Position numbers and translations under genes: made by a program. Under the pieces are notes generated by a model that saw nothing but the letters and a program-made list of their open reading frames with translations, was not told the origin of the DNA and made no database searches. A stretch of 32,000 bases of DNA from positions 2,160,001-2,192,000 of the forward strand of contig NC_014972.1 in the NCBI RefSeq assembly GCF_000186885.1, in the 5' to 3' direction. Of this stretch, positions 1 through 11,766 are shown piece by piece. The stretch comes from Desulfobulbus propionicus DSM 2032 (GTDB taxonomy: Bacteria; Desulfobacterota; Desulfobulbia; Desulfobulbales; Desulfobulbaceae). Positions within the stretch are counted from its first letter, which is position 1, and every line of letters starts with the position of its first letter.

Positions 1-291
1 CTTGTCATACAGGATTTAATCCTGTCAAACGGGACACAGTTGTGCCCTGCAGGATTGCCGCATTCAGACCGGCACATGGATCACCTCTGCAACTAACTCA
101 TTTTTCGACTTATTTCCCAAACTTTCTCTTCGCCTGTCTGGATGGAACGATTCTTGGACTGGTACATTGTAGGACTCTTGTTTTTTCCCGCCACCTTGTC
201 GTCAAGACAGGGACAGCTTTGTTGGCGTCCATTTTCCTGGAACATGCCGGCTCCCCCTGTCGCGACCTGGTGCCTTGCCCCGTGATGCACC

Positions 292-314
292 CTCCTCCGC
301 CGATCGCGGAGGGG
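292..314 (+). other. GC-rich stem-loop just upstream of the SH3b gene RBS
   Basis: CTCCTCCGC (292-300) pairs with GCGGAGGGG (306-314): 9 bp including one G-U, with a 5-nt loop cgatc. It is followed by T-rich tcatttcatt. Its role is undetermined (terminator of an off-window gene or leader structure). Confidence 0.3.
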
Positions 315-346
315 TGTCGCTCATTTCATTCCAAGGAGTATATCTG

Positions 347-808
347 ATGAAAAATGAACAATATATTTTTTCGTTTCGCGCCTGTCTTCTCGCCGCCCCG
401 ATCATCCTGGCCCTGAGCAGTCCGGCCGGGGCCAAGAGTATTGCCAAGGATCAGGTCAACATCCGCTCAAAACCAAGTCTCTCCAGCGAAATCATTTTCA
501 CGGCCCCCCTGGGCTACCCCATCAAGATCGAGCAGGAGGCCAACAACTGGTCCTTTTTCCACGATTGGCAAAACAATCGGGGCTGGGTCTACAAACCGCT
601 GGTCTCGGATATCGAGACAGCGGTGGTCGTGGTCGACAAGGCAAACATCCGAAACGCTTCCAATACCCGCTCGCAGGTGGTCAGCACAGCCGAACAAGGA
701 GAAATTTACAAGATACTCGCCAAAAAAGGCGACTGGGTCCGTCTGGGGTACTACCACGGCGGCGCGGAAGTCGGCTGGATTCACTCGGATCTCGTGTTCG
801 GCGAATGA
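347..808 (+). CDS. Secreted protein with two tandem SH3b (SH3_3-like) domains
   Basis: Same frame as ORF 275..808. The ATG at 347 lies 8 nt after AAGGAG (333-338). The product starts MKNEQYIFSFRACLLAAPIILALSSPAGA (signal peptide). Two SH3b-like units follow: VNIRSKPS...W...GWVYKPLV and ANIRNASN...GDWVRLGYY...GWIHSDLV. Confidence 0.8.
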   Translation: MKNEQYIFSFRACLLAAPIILALSSPAGAKSIAKDQVNIRSKPSLSSEIIFTAPLGYPIKIEQEANNWSFFHDWQNNRGWVYKPLVSDIETAVVVVDKANIRNASNTRSQVVSTAEQGEIYKILAKKGDWVRLGYYHGGAEVGWIHSDLVFGE

Positions 809-895
809 ACCGCCTTGTGGTGTTGAACACCGGTCAACCCATGGTCCCGGCTGCGCCCTCGTGAAAGTCAGCCTAACCAAGCAGGAGGAACACAC

Positions 896-1561
896 ATGGG
901 AGAACCCTTTGTTGTCAAGGATTGCACCCTCATCTCCATTGCCACCGGGCAGGAAGCGCAAAATCTGCGCGAGTTGAGCGATCGGCTGGAAACGATCCAT
1001 CCCGGGTGCATCTACTATCATTTCTGGGGCGGAATGCTCCGCTCCAGTTTCGACGAACCCGAATACCAGAATGACTTTGCCGCCTGGGCGTGGCGCAGCC
1101 TGCACGACTCCCGCCTGGCCGAGCGGCTGGCGATCATCGACCCCAGCCACCATCGGGAGATGGACGACCTGCGGCGGGAACTGCTGGACGTGATCGAGGA
1201 GCGGCTGGCGGAAAGCGAGTTCGTGCCCTGGGCTCGCGCCGGACAGCGGTTCAAGTTCATCCGCTCGCAGATCCTGGTGTTCGATACCGGATGCCGGATT
1301 CTGAAACCGCGGGACATGGCCGAACAGATCGCCCGCATGTCGCTGGGGTCGATCTTTTACCATTTCATCGATGCCCGGCGGCGCACGGAGCGCGGCCGCA
1401 GCGATTTTGTCGAATGGCTGGCCAGCTTCGGCAACGGCGATTATGACGAGCTGATCAAAAACATCAATGCCATCGACCCCTATTTCACCACTCTGGCGGA
1501 ACTGCGCCGGGAACTGGCCGGGGTTTTCGACCGCTGTCTTGCCGAAGGAGGGACCCCATGA
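896..1561 (+). CDS. Conserved hypothetical protein made of two tandem ~100-aa repeats (possibly the DUF5752-type family seen next to glycosyltransferases; family name recalled from memory, not verified)
   Basis: AGGAGG (881-886) lies upstream of ATG 896. The stop overlaps the treT start (ATGA at 1558-1561). Internal duplication: FVVKDCTLISIATG...IYYHFW...NDFAAWA...IIDP...LRRELLDV aligns with FKFIRSQILVFDTG...IFYHFI...SDFVEWL...AIDP...LRRELAGV. Confidence 0.7.
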   Translation: MGEPFVVKDCTLISIATGQEAQNLRELSDRLETIHPGCIYYHFWGGMLRSSFDEPEYQNDFAAWAWRSLHDSRLAERLAIIDPSHHREMDDLRRELLDVIEERLAESEFVPWARAGQRFKFIRSQILVFDTGCRILKPRDMAEQIARMSLGSIFYHFIDARRRTERGRSDFVEWLASFGNGDYDELIKNINAIDPYFTTLAELRRELAGVFDRCLAEGGTP

Positions 1562-2793
1562 CCAGTGTACTCGAACGCTATGTCCCCATTGTCGGCGCCG
1601 AGGTCATCGACCATCTCCGCCATCTGGCCGAACCGCTCAGGGGCATGAAGGTCGTGCACGTCAACTCCACCCGCGAGGGCGGCGGCGTGGCCGAGATTCT
1701 CAGCTGGCTGATTCCCTTCAAGCGGGAACTGGGCCTGGATGCCCGGTGGGAGGTGATCTCCGGCGAGAAGGATTTTTATCAGTGCACCAAGAGCTTCCAT
1801 AACGGGCTGCAAGGCACGCCGGTGGCGCTTCCGTCGTCCCTGCTCCGCGCCTATGAGCAAACCAATCGCGACAATGCCGAGCGGTTGCGTCCCCTTCTGG
1901 AGGACGCGGATTTCGTCTTTATCCATGACCCGCAGCCCGCGCCGCTGCTCCGTCTCTGTCCCGGCCGCAAGGGCAAATGGGTGTGGCGCTGCCATATCGA
2001 CCTCAGCCACCCGTATCGGGCGGTGTGGAAATACCTGCGTGACGTGGTCGCCGGATACGACGCCTCCATCTGGTCCCTGGCCGACTTCGCCCAGCCCTTG
2101 CCGCACCCCTTGTACCTGATTGCCCCCAGTATCGATCCGCTCAGCCAGAAGAACCGGGAGCTGTATCCGGGCGAGGTCGAGGCGGTGTTCGACCGCTATG
2201 GCCTTGATCCTGACCTGCCGCTGATCACCCAGGTGTCGCGCTTTGACCGCTTCAAGGACCCCTTGGGCGTGCTCCATGCCTACAGGCTGGTCAAGGAGTT
2301 CACCCCGGTGCAGCTAGTGCTGGCCGGCGGCGGGGCGAGCGACGATCCGGAAGGGGAAGAGGTGCTGCGCGAGGTGCGCGAGGCGGCCGGCGACGATCCG
2401 GATATCCATATCCTGCTCCTGCCCGCCGATGCCCATCGGGAGATCAATGGCCTGCAACGGGCCTCGACCATTGTCCTGCAGAAATCGACCCGGGAAGGAT
2501 TCGGCCTCACCGTCACCGAAGCGATGTGGAAGGGCAAGCCGGTCATAGGCGGTGATACCGGCGGCATACGCCTGCAGGTGATCAACCATCACACCGGGTT
2601 TTTGGTCAACACCCCGGAAGGCGCGGCCCTGCGCATTCGTTACCTGCTCAAGAACCGCGACCGGCTGGAAGAGATGGGCCGCAAGGCGCAGTCGTTTGCC
2701 CTCAACAATTTTTTGGTCACCCGCCACCTGCGGGAATACCTCACCCTGATGATCGCCACCCGGCACAAGGGTGTTGAGCGGATCGAGCTGTGA
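1558..2793 (+). CDS. treT: Trehalose glycosyltransferring synthase TreT (GT4; NDP-glucose + glucose to trehalose)
   Basis: 411 aa. It carries the TreT motif series in order: VHVNST.EGGGVAEIL, WRCHIDLS, PSIDPLSQKN, ITQVSRFDRFKDP, DDPEG and REGFGLTVTEAMWKGKPVIG. It is translationally coupled on both sides. Confidence 0.9.
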   Translation: MTSVLERYVPIVGAEVIDHLRHLAEPLRGMKVVHVNSTREGGGVAEILSWLIPFKRELGLDARWEVISGEKDFYQCTKSFHNGLQGTPVALPSSLLRAYEQTNRDNAERLRPLLEDADFVFIHDPQPAPLLRLCPGRKGKWVWRCHIDLSHPYRAVWKYLRDVVAGYDASIWSLADFAQPLPHPLYLIAPSIDPLSQKNRELYPGEVEAVFDRYGLDPDLPLITQVSRFDRFKDPLGVLHAYRLVKEFTPVQLVLAGGGASDDPEGEEVLREVREAAGDDPDIHILLLPADAHREINGLQRASTIVLQKSTREGFGLTVTEAMWKGKPVIGGDTGGIRLQVINHHTGFLVNTPEGAALRIRYLLKNRDRLEEMGRKAQSFALNNFLVTRHLREYLTLMIATRHKGVERIEL

Positions 2794-3623
2794 GGGGCAC
2801 GAAACCACCCCGTCACGCCCTCCTGGCGGAGCTGCCCCGTTTCTGGGAGCGGGTTGGCGATGCGTCCAGCCGCTTTCTCGGCCTGGATTACGACGGCACC
2901 CTGGCACCCTTTGCCGTCGACCCCATGGAGGCGCGGCCTCTTCCCGGCATTGCCGACCTGCTCCGTGCCCTGACCGTCGACACCGCCACCGAGGTGGCGA
3001 TCATCTCCGGCCGGCCGGCGGCCGAGGTCATGGCCCTGCTCGACGGTCCGCCGGTCACCGTGGTCGGCAATCACGGCTATGAACTGTGTCCGGTGGACGG
3101 CGACCCGGTCATTCGCCAGCCGACACCGGAGCAGCGGCAGGGGTTGGACAACATTCGCGCCGTTCTCCAGCAACGGGGCTACGGCCGCGCATTGGAAAAC
3201 AAGATGGCCTCGCTGGCCGTGCATACCCGGGGCCTTGAACCAGTGACCGCCGTGGCCCTGGAACAGGAGGTGCTGAGTGAATGGGGCGCCTTTGCCCTGG
3301 ATCACGGTCTGGAATGCCGCTGGTTCAACGGCGGGGTGGAGATTCGCTGCATCGGCTGGCACAAGGGCGACGCCCTGCGCAGCCTGCTCGATCAACAGCC
3401 CCGCGGAACCCTGGCGGTCTATGTCGGCGACGATGAAACCGACGAGGATGCCTTTGCCGCCCTTGAGGGACGGGGCATCGGCATCAAGGTCGGCCGGGAT
3501 GCACGGCCGACCGCTGCCCGGGCCACGCTTGCCGACTGCGCGGCGGTGGCCGATTTTCTTCGCGCCTGGCGGACGGTCACCACAACCCACAGGAGGAATG
3601 CACCATGGAAACAACCCGACTGA
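2790..3623 (+). CDS. otsB: Trehalose-6-phosphate phosphatase (HAD superfamily)
   Basis: HAD motif I is LDYDGTL and motif IV is GDDETDEDAF; IISGRP is also present. The GTG start at 2790 overlaps the treT stop (GTGA). Confidence 0.9.
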   Translation: MRGTKPPRHALLAELPRFWERVGDASSRFLGLDYDGTLAPFAVDPMEARPLPGIADLLRALTVDTATEVAIISGRPAAEVMALLDGPPVTVVGNHGYELCPVDGDPVIRQPTPEQRQGLDNIRAVLQQRGYGRALENKMASLAVHTRGLEPVTAVALEQEVLSEWGAFALDHGLECRWFNGGVEIRCIGWHKGDALRSLLDQQPRGTLAVYVGDDETDEDAFAALEGRGIGIKVGRDARPTAARATLADCAAVADFLRAWRTVTTTHRRNAPWKQPD

Positions 3624-5101
3624 CCGTCGTCTCCAACCGATTGGCGATTGTGGTCGACCGCGAGCAGGATGGCCGATGGACCATCAAGCCCGGGTCCGGA
3701 GGTTTGGTTACCGCCCTGGGGCCGGTTTTGCGCGATCGCGGCGGCCAATGGATAGGCTGGCTCGGCTCCAATCTCCAGGGCGAGCTCGACGAGGCGGCGC
3801 TCAGGGACCTGCTGGCTCGGGGATCGCGGGAAACCGGGTATGCCCTCAAACCGGTGGAACTGGATGACGAAGAGATCCAGAAATATTATTTCGGCTTCTC
3901 CAACGAGATCCTCTGGCCCCTGTTCCACGACCTGCCCTCGCGCTGCAATTTCGACCCGGCCTACTGGACCGTGTATGAACGGGTCAACGCCAAATTCGCC
4001 CGGGTGGTGGCGCAGAATACCGATGAAAAGGAAGATTATGTCTGGGTGCACGATTACCAGCTGATCCTGGTGGCGGCCCATCTCAAGGCCATGGGGGTCC
4101 GCCGGAGCACCGGCTTTTTTCTCCACATCCCCTTCCCGCCCCTGGACGGCTTCATCCGCCTGCCCTGGCGCTCCCAGATCCTCAACGCCCTGCTCCAGTA
4201 CGATCTGATCGGTTTTCAGACCGTGCGCGATCGGCGCAACTTCATGGACTGCGTGCGCATGCTGCTGCCGCAGACCCGGGTGGTCGGCCATGGTCACATC
4301 GCCCGCTGTCTGACCCCGGAGCGCGAGGTCCTGGTGGGCGTCTTCCCGATCAGCATCGATTTTCGGCAATTCGCCGACACGGCGGCCAGTCAGGAGGTCC
4401 AGGACCAGGCATGGATCATCCATGCCAACCTGCCCGAACGGCAGTTGATCCTCGGGGTCGACCGGCTTGACTACACCAAGGGCATTCCCCTTCGACTCCA
4501 GGCCTTTGCCAATGCCCTGGAACGGTATCCGGAACTGCGCGGCACAATAACCCTGGTTCAGGTGGTGGTGCCCAGCCGCGCGGAGGTGCCCGAATACGAA
4601 ACCCTCAAGCGGGAGATCGAACGCCTGGTGGGCGAAATCAACGGCCGCTTCACCGAGGTCGGCTGGACACCGATCCACTACATCTACCGCTCGTTATCCC
4701 GGGTGGAACTGCTGGCCTACTACCGAACCTGCGAGATCGCCCTGATCACCCCGCTCAAGGACGGCATGAACCTGGTGGCCAAGGAATTTTGCGCCTGTTC
4801 GATCGAAAACAACGGTGTGCTCATCCTCAGCGAATTTGCCGGGGCAGCGGCCCAACTGCACAACGGCGCGTTGCTGGTCAATCCTTTTGACATCCGGGGA
4901 GTGGCCGACGCCATTCATCGGGCCTGCGCCATGGACACCGTCAGCCGCCAGGCGCGGATGGAAAAGATGCGCCGCTCCATCCAGAAGCACAACATTTTTC
5001 ACTGGGTCAATGCCTTCCTCCGCACCGGCATCCACAAGGATCTCAACCAGTTTCCCAGGGTGGAATTTTTCGTCCCCAAACTGGCTGCTCCGGCCATCTA
5101 G
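3605..5101 (+). CDS. otsA: Alpha,alpha-trehalose-phosphate synthase (GT20)
   Basis: 498 aa. GT20 hallmarks are [28 protein letters not shown] and LVNPFD. AGGAGG sits at 3591-3596. The ATG at 3605 overlaps the otsB 3' end by 19 nt. Confidence 0.93.
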   Translation: METTRLTVVSNRLAIVVDREQDGRWTIKPGSGGLVTALGPVLRDRGGQWIGWLGSNLQGELDEAALRDLLARGSRETGYALKPVELDDEEIQKYYFGFSNEILWPLFHDLPSRCNFDPAYWTVYERVNAKFARVVAQNTDEKEDYVWVHDYQLILVAAHLKAMGVRRSTGFFLHIPFPPLDGFIRLPWRSQILNALLQYDLIGFQTVRDRRNFMDCVRMLLPQTRVVGHGHIARCLTPEREVLVGVFPISIDFRQFADTAASQEVQDQAWIIHANLPERQLILGVDRLDYTKGIPLRLQAFANALERYPELRGTITLVQVVVPSRAEVPEYETLKREIERLVGEINGRFTEVGWTPIHYIYRSLSRVELLAYYRTCEIALITPLKDGMNLVAKEFCACSIENNGVLILSEFAGAAAQLHNGALLVNPFDIRGVADAIHRACAMDTVSRQARMEKMRRSIQKHNIFHWVNAFLRTGIHKDLNQFPRVEFFVPKLAAPAI

Positions 5102-5120
5102 CCCACCCCCGCCACATCAC

Positions 5121-5153
5121 AAAAAAAGCGCAACCACCTCAAATGGTTACGCT
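5121..5153 (-). terminator. Rho-independent terminator for the EncFtn-like gene
   Basis: On the minus strand: AGCGUAACCA-uuugagg-UGGUUGCGCU, a 10-bp stem with one G-U, running directly into a U7 tract (A-run 5121-5127 on the plus strand). On the plus strand the same position is a C-A mismatch and no U tract follows, so the orientation is minus. Confidence 0.6.
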
Positions 5154-5232
5154 CAATGGTCATTCCCTGTCCCCGCCAGGCCGGCGGAACGTGTCCTGCC
5201 GGTCCGGCAGCGGCCTGCTCGGACGAAGTGGA

Positions 5233-5538
5233 TTATTTCTTGTGTTTGTTGATTTCTTCCTCGACCTCCTGGGCACCTTCCGCATACAGCTTTTCTTCCT
5301 CAGGGTCCAGCTCGTGCAGAAGCCGGAGAAATTCACCGGCATGCACCCGCTCCTCGTCGGCGATATCCGTCAGCACCTCGATGGCAAGCGTGTTGTCGGT
5401 TGATTCGGCCAACTGCATGTACAGCTGAATGGCCTCGTATTCGGCGGCGATCATGAACCTGATCGCGCGCACCAGTTCCGCATGGGTCAGTTTTCTCTCC
5501 TTGGCCAATCCCGCAAAGGGCGATCCAAACTCAGGCAT
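5233..5538 (-). CDS. Small ferritin-like / rubrerythrin-type two-helix protein (EncFtn-like mini-ferritin)
   Basis: ATG at 5538 has AAGGAGA 7 nt upstream, so the ORF-track start at 5562 is trimmed. The product is 101 aa. Its carboxylate/His metal motif is AAEYEAIQLY ... IADEERVHAGEFLRLL (E ... ExxH). The C-terminus is acidic. Confidence 0.75.
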   Translation of the reverse strand: MPEFGSPFAGLAKERKLTHAELVRAIRFMIAAEYEAIQLYMQLAESTDNTLAIEVLTDIADEERVHAGEFLRLLHELDPEEEKLYAEGAQEVEEEINKHKK

Positions 5539-5615
5539 CGGTGTTCTCCTTTCTCTGTTCATTATGGTTTTCCGGCGTTTTTAAAAAAGCCGGATTGCAC
5601 TGCCGATAAAAACGG

Positions 5616-7202
5616 TCAATGTAGATTGTACTTCCGCTTCATTTCCTCATAGACCAGTGACGAAAAATCGCGAATGACCCCGCCGCCGGAAACCATCCAT
5701 TGTTTGTAATCGGCCGGTTTTGAGGCACGCTCGACAATGCCGACAATGGCATAGGGTACCCGTCGCCCGTCCCTGGTCTTCGGCACCAGGATGCCCATGT
5801 CCCCGCAAAGCAAGGCCGTGGTGCCGGTTTTGTTGAACACCTGGGTTCCGGAAGGCACCTCGGTACCGCAGAAAATACGATCGCGCCCCGGCAGGGACAT
5901 TACCCGCAGCATTTCCTTGGAATAGGGCAGCTGATAGTTCCACAAAGCCTTGAGAAACTGGATGTAAGCCAACGGCGGAGCACTGTTTTTATAGGTCTTG
6001 CCTCCCGGCGGGATATATTCCCTGATCCGGACCTGCCGCAACATGGCCCCATATTCCTTCTTCAGCAAAGCCTCGCATTTCGCCGGCCCCCCCAGTTGCC
6101 GGATGAACCAGTTGGTGGCCGAATTGCTGCTTTGTTGAATCATGGCCTCCATCATGTGTCGGTGCTGCGCGGTATAGGACAGCTTCCCCTTGTCCACCTG
6201 ATGGAAAAAGGCCAGGGCGACAAAGGGCTTGATCATGCTGGCCGCTTGAAAGGCGCGTTGCGAGTTGACGCTGGTCAGATAGGTATTCCTGGTCAGGTCG
6301 TAGGCCACCAGCGCGGCCCGTTCCCTTTGCCGCAACCGGCCCTTTGCCTGCTGCTTCCGAAGGAAGTCATTCATTTTTATACTCAGCCCGCCGCCAGCGG
6401 TTTCGGAGGGTGGATCTGCCGGGGTGGCGATCACGGTTTCCTTGTCTTGGCAGCGCTCGCCGGCAGTTGTTTTTTTCCCTTTGCTCGTTCGCTGTTCCCG
6501 CCCCGGCTGCACGATGGCCGCCTGCACGGTTTTGCCTTGGCGGCGTTCAGAACCCAAATCGGCAACCGTGGCCAGATTGGTGTTCGGCCCCGCCATCGGC
6601 CGTTCAACGGCCGCGATGACGGCCGGAGCGATCTTCCTGCCACGCAGCAGCGCGCCGTGCTGCTTGGCCGTTCTCGCTGCCATGGTTTTGCTGCTCCAGC
6701 ATCTATAAACAATTGAAAAGGTTCGAGAATCGACCCGTTCGATGGCCAGCCGCTTGCCAGCCTGCACCCCAAGCGCCTGCTTGATGGAGCGGTAGTCTTT
6801 CGTCAGGCGCTCGACGCTGGGTCCTTTCAGGTAGCCAATATGGTACAGGGCATGATGGCCCTTGGCCTTGGTGACCTGCGCTGGTTTCAGCCCTGCCCGC
6901 CGCAGTTTCCTGGACTGCTGTTCCGCGGTCTTCTTGGCCTGGTCGAGCGTTCCCCGCAGGGGATGAATCACCCCAAACTGCTGATCCCGCCCAACGATCA
7001 GCAGCTGACGGTCAATGGCCATTTGCAAGAGGCCAGCCACTTTTCTGCGGTAATCGAGAACGCGCTGGATGTCCGTGTCCCACCCATAGGCGATATCATA
7101 GCGTTGATCGGCGGGCGCGGCGGCCAACGCAGGCGCGCAGGACAAGAAGAGGAGAACAAAAAGAATCAAGGACGATGCTTTCATTGCGGTTCGAACGATC
7201 AT
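5616..7202 (-). CDS. Exported serine hydrolase: class A beta-lactamase/PBP-like fold with an N-terminal tandem-repeat (SPOR-like) module
   Basis: The C-terminal ~250 aa carries SxxK (ASMIKP), an SxN-type motif (SSNSATN) and KTG (FNKTGTT). The signal peptide is MKASSLILFVLLFLSCAPALAAAP. The start is uncertain (ATG 7202 or 7184), and neither has a clear SD. The ORF-track start at 7277 would overlap the upstream gene. Confidence 0.75.
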   Translation of the reverse strand: MIVRTAMKASSLILFVLLFLSCAPALAAAPADQRYDIAYGWDTDIQRVLDYRRKVAGLLQMAIDRQLLIVGRDQQFGVIHPLRGTLDQAKKTAEQQSRKLRRAGLKPAQVTKAKGHHALYHIGYLKGPSVERLTKDYRSIKQALGVQAGKRLAIERVDSRTFSIVYRCWSSKTMAARTAKQHGALLRGRKIAPAVIAAVERPMAGPNTNLATVADLGSERRQGKTVQAAIVQPGREQRTSKGKKTTAGERCQDKETVIATPADPPSETAGGGLSIKMNDFLRKQQAKGRLRQRERAALVAYDLTRNTYLTSVNSQRAFQAASMIKPFVALAFFHQVDKGKLSYTAQHRHMMEAMIQQSSNSATNWFIRQLGGPAKCEALLKKEYGAMLRQVRIREYIPPGGKTYKNSAPPLAYIQFLKALWNYQLPYSKEMLRVMSLPGRDRIFCGTEVPSGTQVFNKTGTTALLCGDMGILVPKTRDGRRVPYAIVGIVERASKPADYKQWMVSGGGVIRDFSSLVYEEMKRKYNLH

Positions 7203-7236
7203 GGGAAATACCGATACCGTGTGGCTGCGGGACAGT

Positions 7237-8532
7237 TCATCGGGAAGTGGGAAGCGGCGTGACCAGTATTTTATCAATGCGGTTCATATCCATGTCAACA
7301 ACCTCGAATCGATGCCCGCACGCCTCGAAACCATCTGTTTCCATGGGTATGCGGCCAAGCATGTGAATAACAAATCCGCCCAGGGTGTGATAGGCATGGC
7401 CGTCGTCGCCGGGCAGCGCTTGATCGATGCCAAGGGTTGCCTTGACCCGGTCGATGGCGGCGCTGCCATCAACAAGCCAGGAGCCGTCCTCGCGGCGCGT
7501 GCATTCCTGCCCATCGGCCAGCTTGGAGTTCGGCAGCTCTCCGACAATGGCGGCGAGCACGTCGGTGAGGGTGACAAACCCTTGAATGTCGCCGTATTCA
7601 TCGACAACTAGGGCGCATTGCAGTTGGACCCTGCGCAGATGTTCCAGCAGCTGGGTGGTGGTGACATACTCGGGAATGTACAGGGGCTGGCGAAGATGGT
7701 GTTCAATCTGGAGCGGTTCGCAGGCCAGGGCGGCTTTGAGCAGATCAGCGGTACGCAACAGGCCGACCACCTCCTCCAGGCCGCCCCGGCAGACAAGAAT
7801 CCGCGAGAAGGGGCAGTCGGCCAGCTGTTCACGCAGTTCATTTTCCGGCTTGTTCAGATCAAGCATGTGAATATCCTGGCGATGGGTCATGATCGCCACC
7901 ACCGGCTGCTCGTCCAGGCGAAGCACATTGGAAACCAGCGTCCGCTCGCTCTGGTGAAAGACGCCGGCTTGCGCCCCCTGCTCCATCAGCAGTTTGATTT
8001 CCTCGTTGGTGACCGCCGCCGAATCCCGCGTACCGGTGCCGGCTCCCCGCAACAGCAGCGTGGACGAGGCCGAGAGCAGCCAGATCAGGGGCTTGGTCCA
8101 CCGGGCCAGCACCTTCATCGGCCGCGCGACCAACAAGGCAATGCGTTCCGGTTGCAGCAACCCGAGATGTTTGGGCACCAGCTCGCCCACGACCACGGAA
8201 AAATAGGTCAGGGCGATGACCACGGTTGCCAGGGCAATGGGTCTGGCATGGGGCTGCACTGCCGGGAAAGCGGCCAACCAGGCGGCAAGCGGTTCGACCA
8301 AGGCGTTTTCGCCCACCGCGCCGCTCAAAATGCCCACCATGGTTATACCGACTTGCACGGTGGAAAGAAAGCCCGTCGGATTATTTTTCAGCGCCAGGGC
8401 CGAGTTGGCGCCGCGCCGCCCGTCGTTTGCCAGTTTGTGCAGGCGAAAATCCCGTGACGAGAGCACGGCGATTTCCGACATGGCAAAGAGTCCGTTGAGC
8501 AGGATAAGCAGAAGAAGAAAAAGAAGTTCCAT
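7237..8532 (-). CDS. CNNM(DUF21)-CBS-CorC_HlyC family protein (hemolysin-family / putative divalent-cation efflux)
   Basis: ATG at 8532 gives MELLFLLLLILLNGLFAMSEIAVLS, a typical DUF21 N-terminus. This is followed by four TM segments, a CBS-pair region and a C-terminal CorC_HlyC-like segment (GHRFEVVDMDMNRIDKILV). Confidence 0.85.
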   Translation of the reverse strand: MELLFLLLLILLNGLFAMSEIAVLSSRDFRLHKLANDGRRGANSALALKNNPTGFLSTVQVGITMVGILSGAVGENALVEPLAAWLAAFPAVQPHARPIALATVVIALTYFSVVVGELVPKHLGLLQPERIALLVARPMKVLARWTKPLIWLLSASSTLLLRGAGTGTRDSAAVTNEEIKLLMEQGAQAGVFHQSERTLVSNVLRLDEQPVVAIMTHRQDIHMLDLNKPENELREQLADCPFSRILVCRGGLEEVVGLLRTADLLKAALACEPLQIEHHLRQPLYIPEYVTTTQLLEHLRRVQLQCALVVDEYGDIQGFVTLTDVLAAIVGELPNSKLADGQECTRREDGSWLVDGSAAIDRVKATLGIDQALPGDDGHAYHTLGGFVIHMLGRIPMETDGFEACGHRFEVVDMDMNRIDKILVTPLPTSR

Positions 8533-8791
8533 AACGCTCTGCCAAGGAAGATAACTCGCGGTTTCCAGGGATGCGCGGGACTGGCGGCCACGGTCGAGGC
8601 ATCCTCCCCTCGTGGGCACCCCGTGCCCGTCGCCGGGCGGCCCGCTTTCGGCGCGATCCACTCGCAGCTGTCCGTCCGCAATCGCCCTGCATCCTATCAA
8701 CATACAACTTTATCGCGCGGAATGGTACAAGCTGATTGTGCTCCCATCCGCTAGACAACCGCAGCAAGGGCCACTGAGTGCCTGCTCTCTT

Positions 8792-8820
8792 TTGACATCG
8801 TCCCCTATTCCCGATATGGT
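8792..8820 (+). promoter_or_regulatory. Candidate sigma70 promoter for the ACP-FAAL-acyltransferase operon
   Basis: TTGACA (8792-8797), an exact 17-nt spacer, then TATGGT (8815-8820). It lies ~50 nt upstream of ATG 8872. Sequence match only. Confidence 0.35.
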
Positions 8821-8871
8821 ACAACAAACCGAGTGACTCGATCCAGGTCGCCCTTGGGCGGGGAGAGACTG

Positions 8872-11762
<2,891 letters not shown>

Positions 11763-11766
<4 letters not shown>

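Noticed and set aside
42-347. ORFs 42..347(+), 93..290(-) and 202..447(-) at the window start.
   Set aside because: They have no SD, no motifs and odd composition. The region looks intergenic, containing only small palindromes (ACAGGATT-T-AATCCTGT at 9-25) and the hairpin at 292-314. An off-window upstream gene cannot be excluded.
5177-5217. GC-rich nested inverted repeats (CAGGCCG...CGGCCTG enclosing CTGCCGG-T-CCGGCAG) as a REP-like or mobile element.
   Set aside because: There is a single copy in the window, with no flanking direct repeats or transposase. It may simply add to termination in the convergent otsA/EncFtn gap.
5571-5594. The near-palindrome TCCGGCGTTTTTAAAAAAGCCGGA as a terminator for the hydrolase gene.
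   Set aside because: The T and A runs fall inside the loop rather than after the stem on either strand, so it lacks intrinsic-terminator geometry. It is kept only as an unexplained hairpin.
7183-7196. A GGTTCGAA string resembling a tRNA T-loop.
   Set aside because: It lies inside the 5' end of the hydrolase CDS. No acceptor, D or anticodon stems can be drawn around it.
5233-7202. An encapsulin nanocompartment locus around the EncFtn-like gene.
   Set aside because: No HK97-fold shell gene is adjacent; the neighbour is a beta-lactamase-fold hydrolase. The mini-ferritin also lacks a recognisable C-terminal docking peptide.
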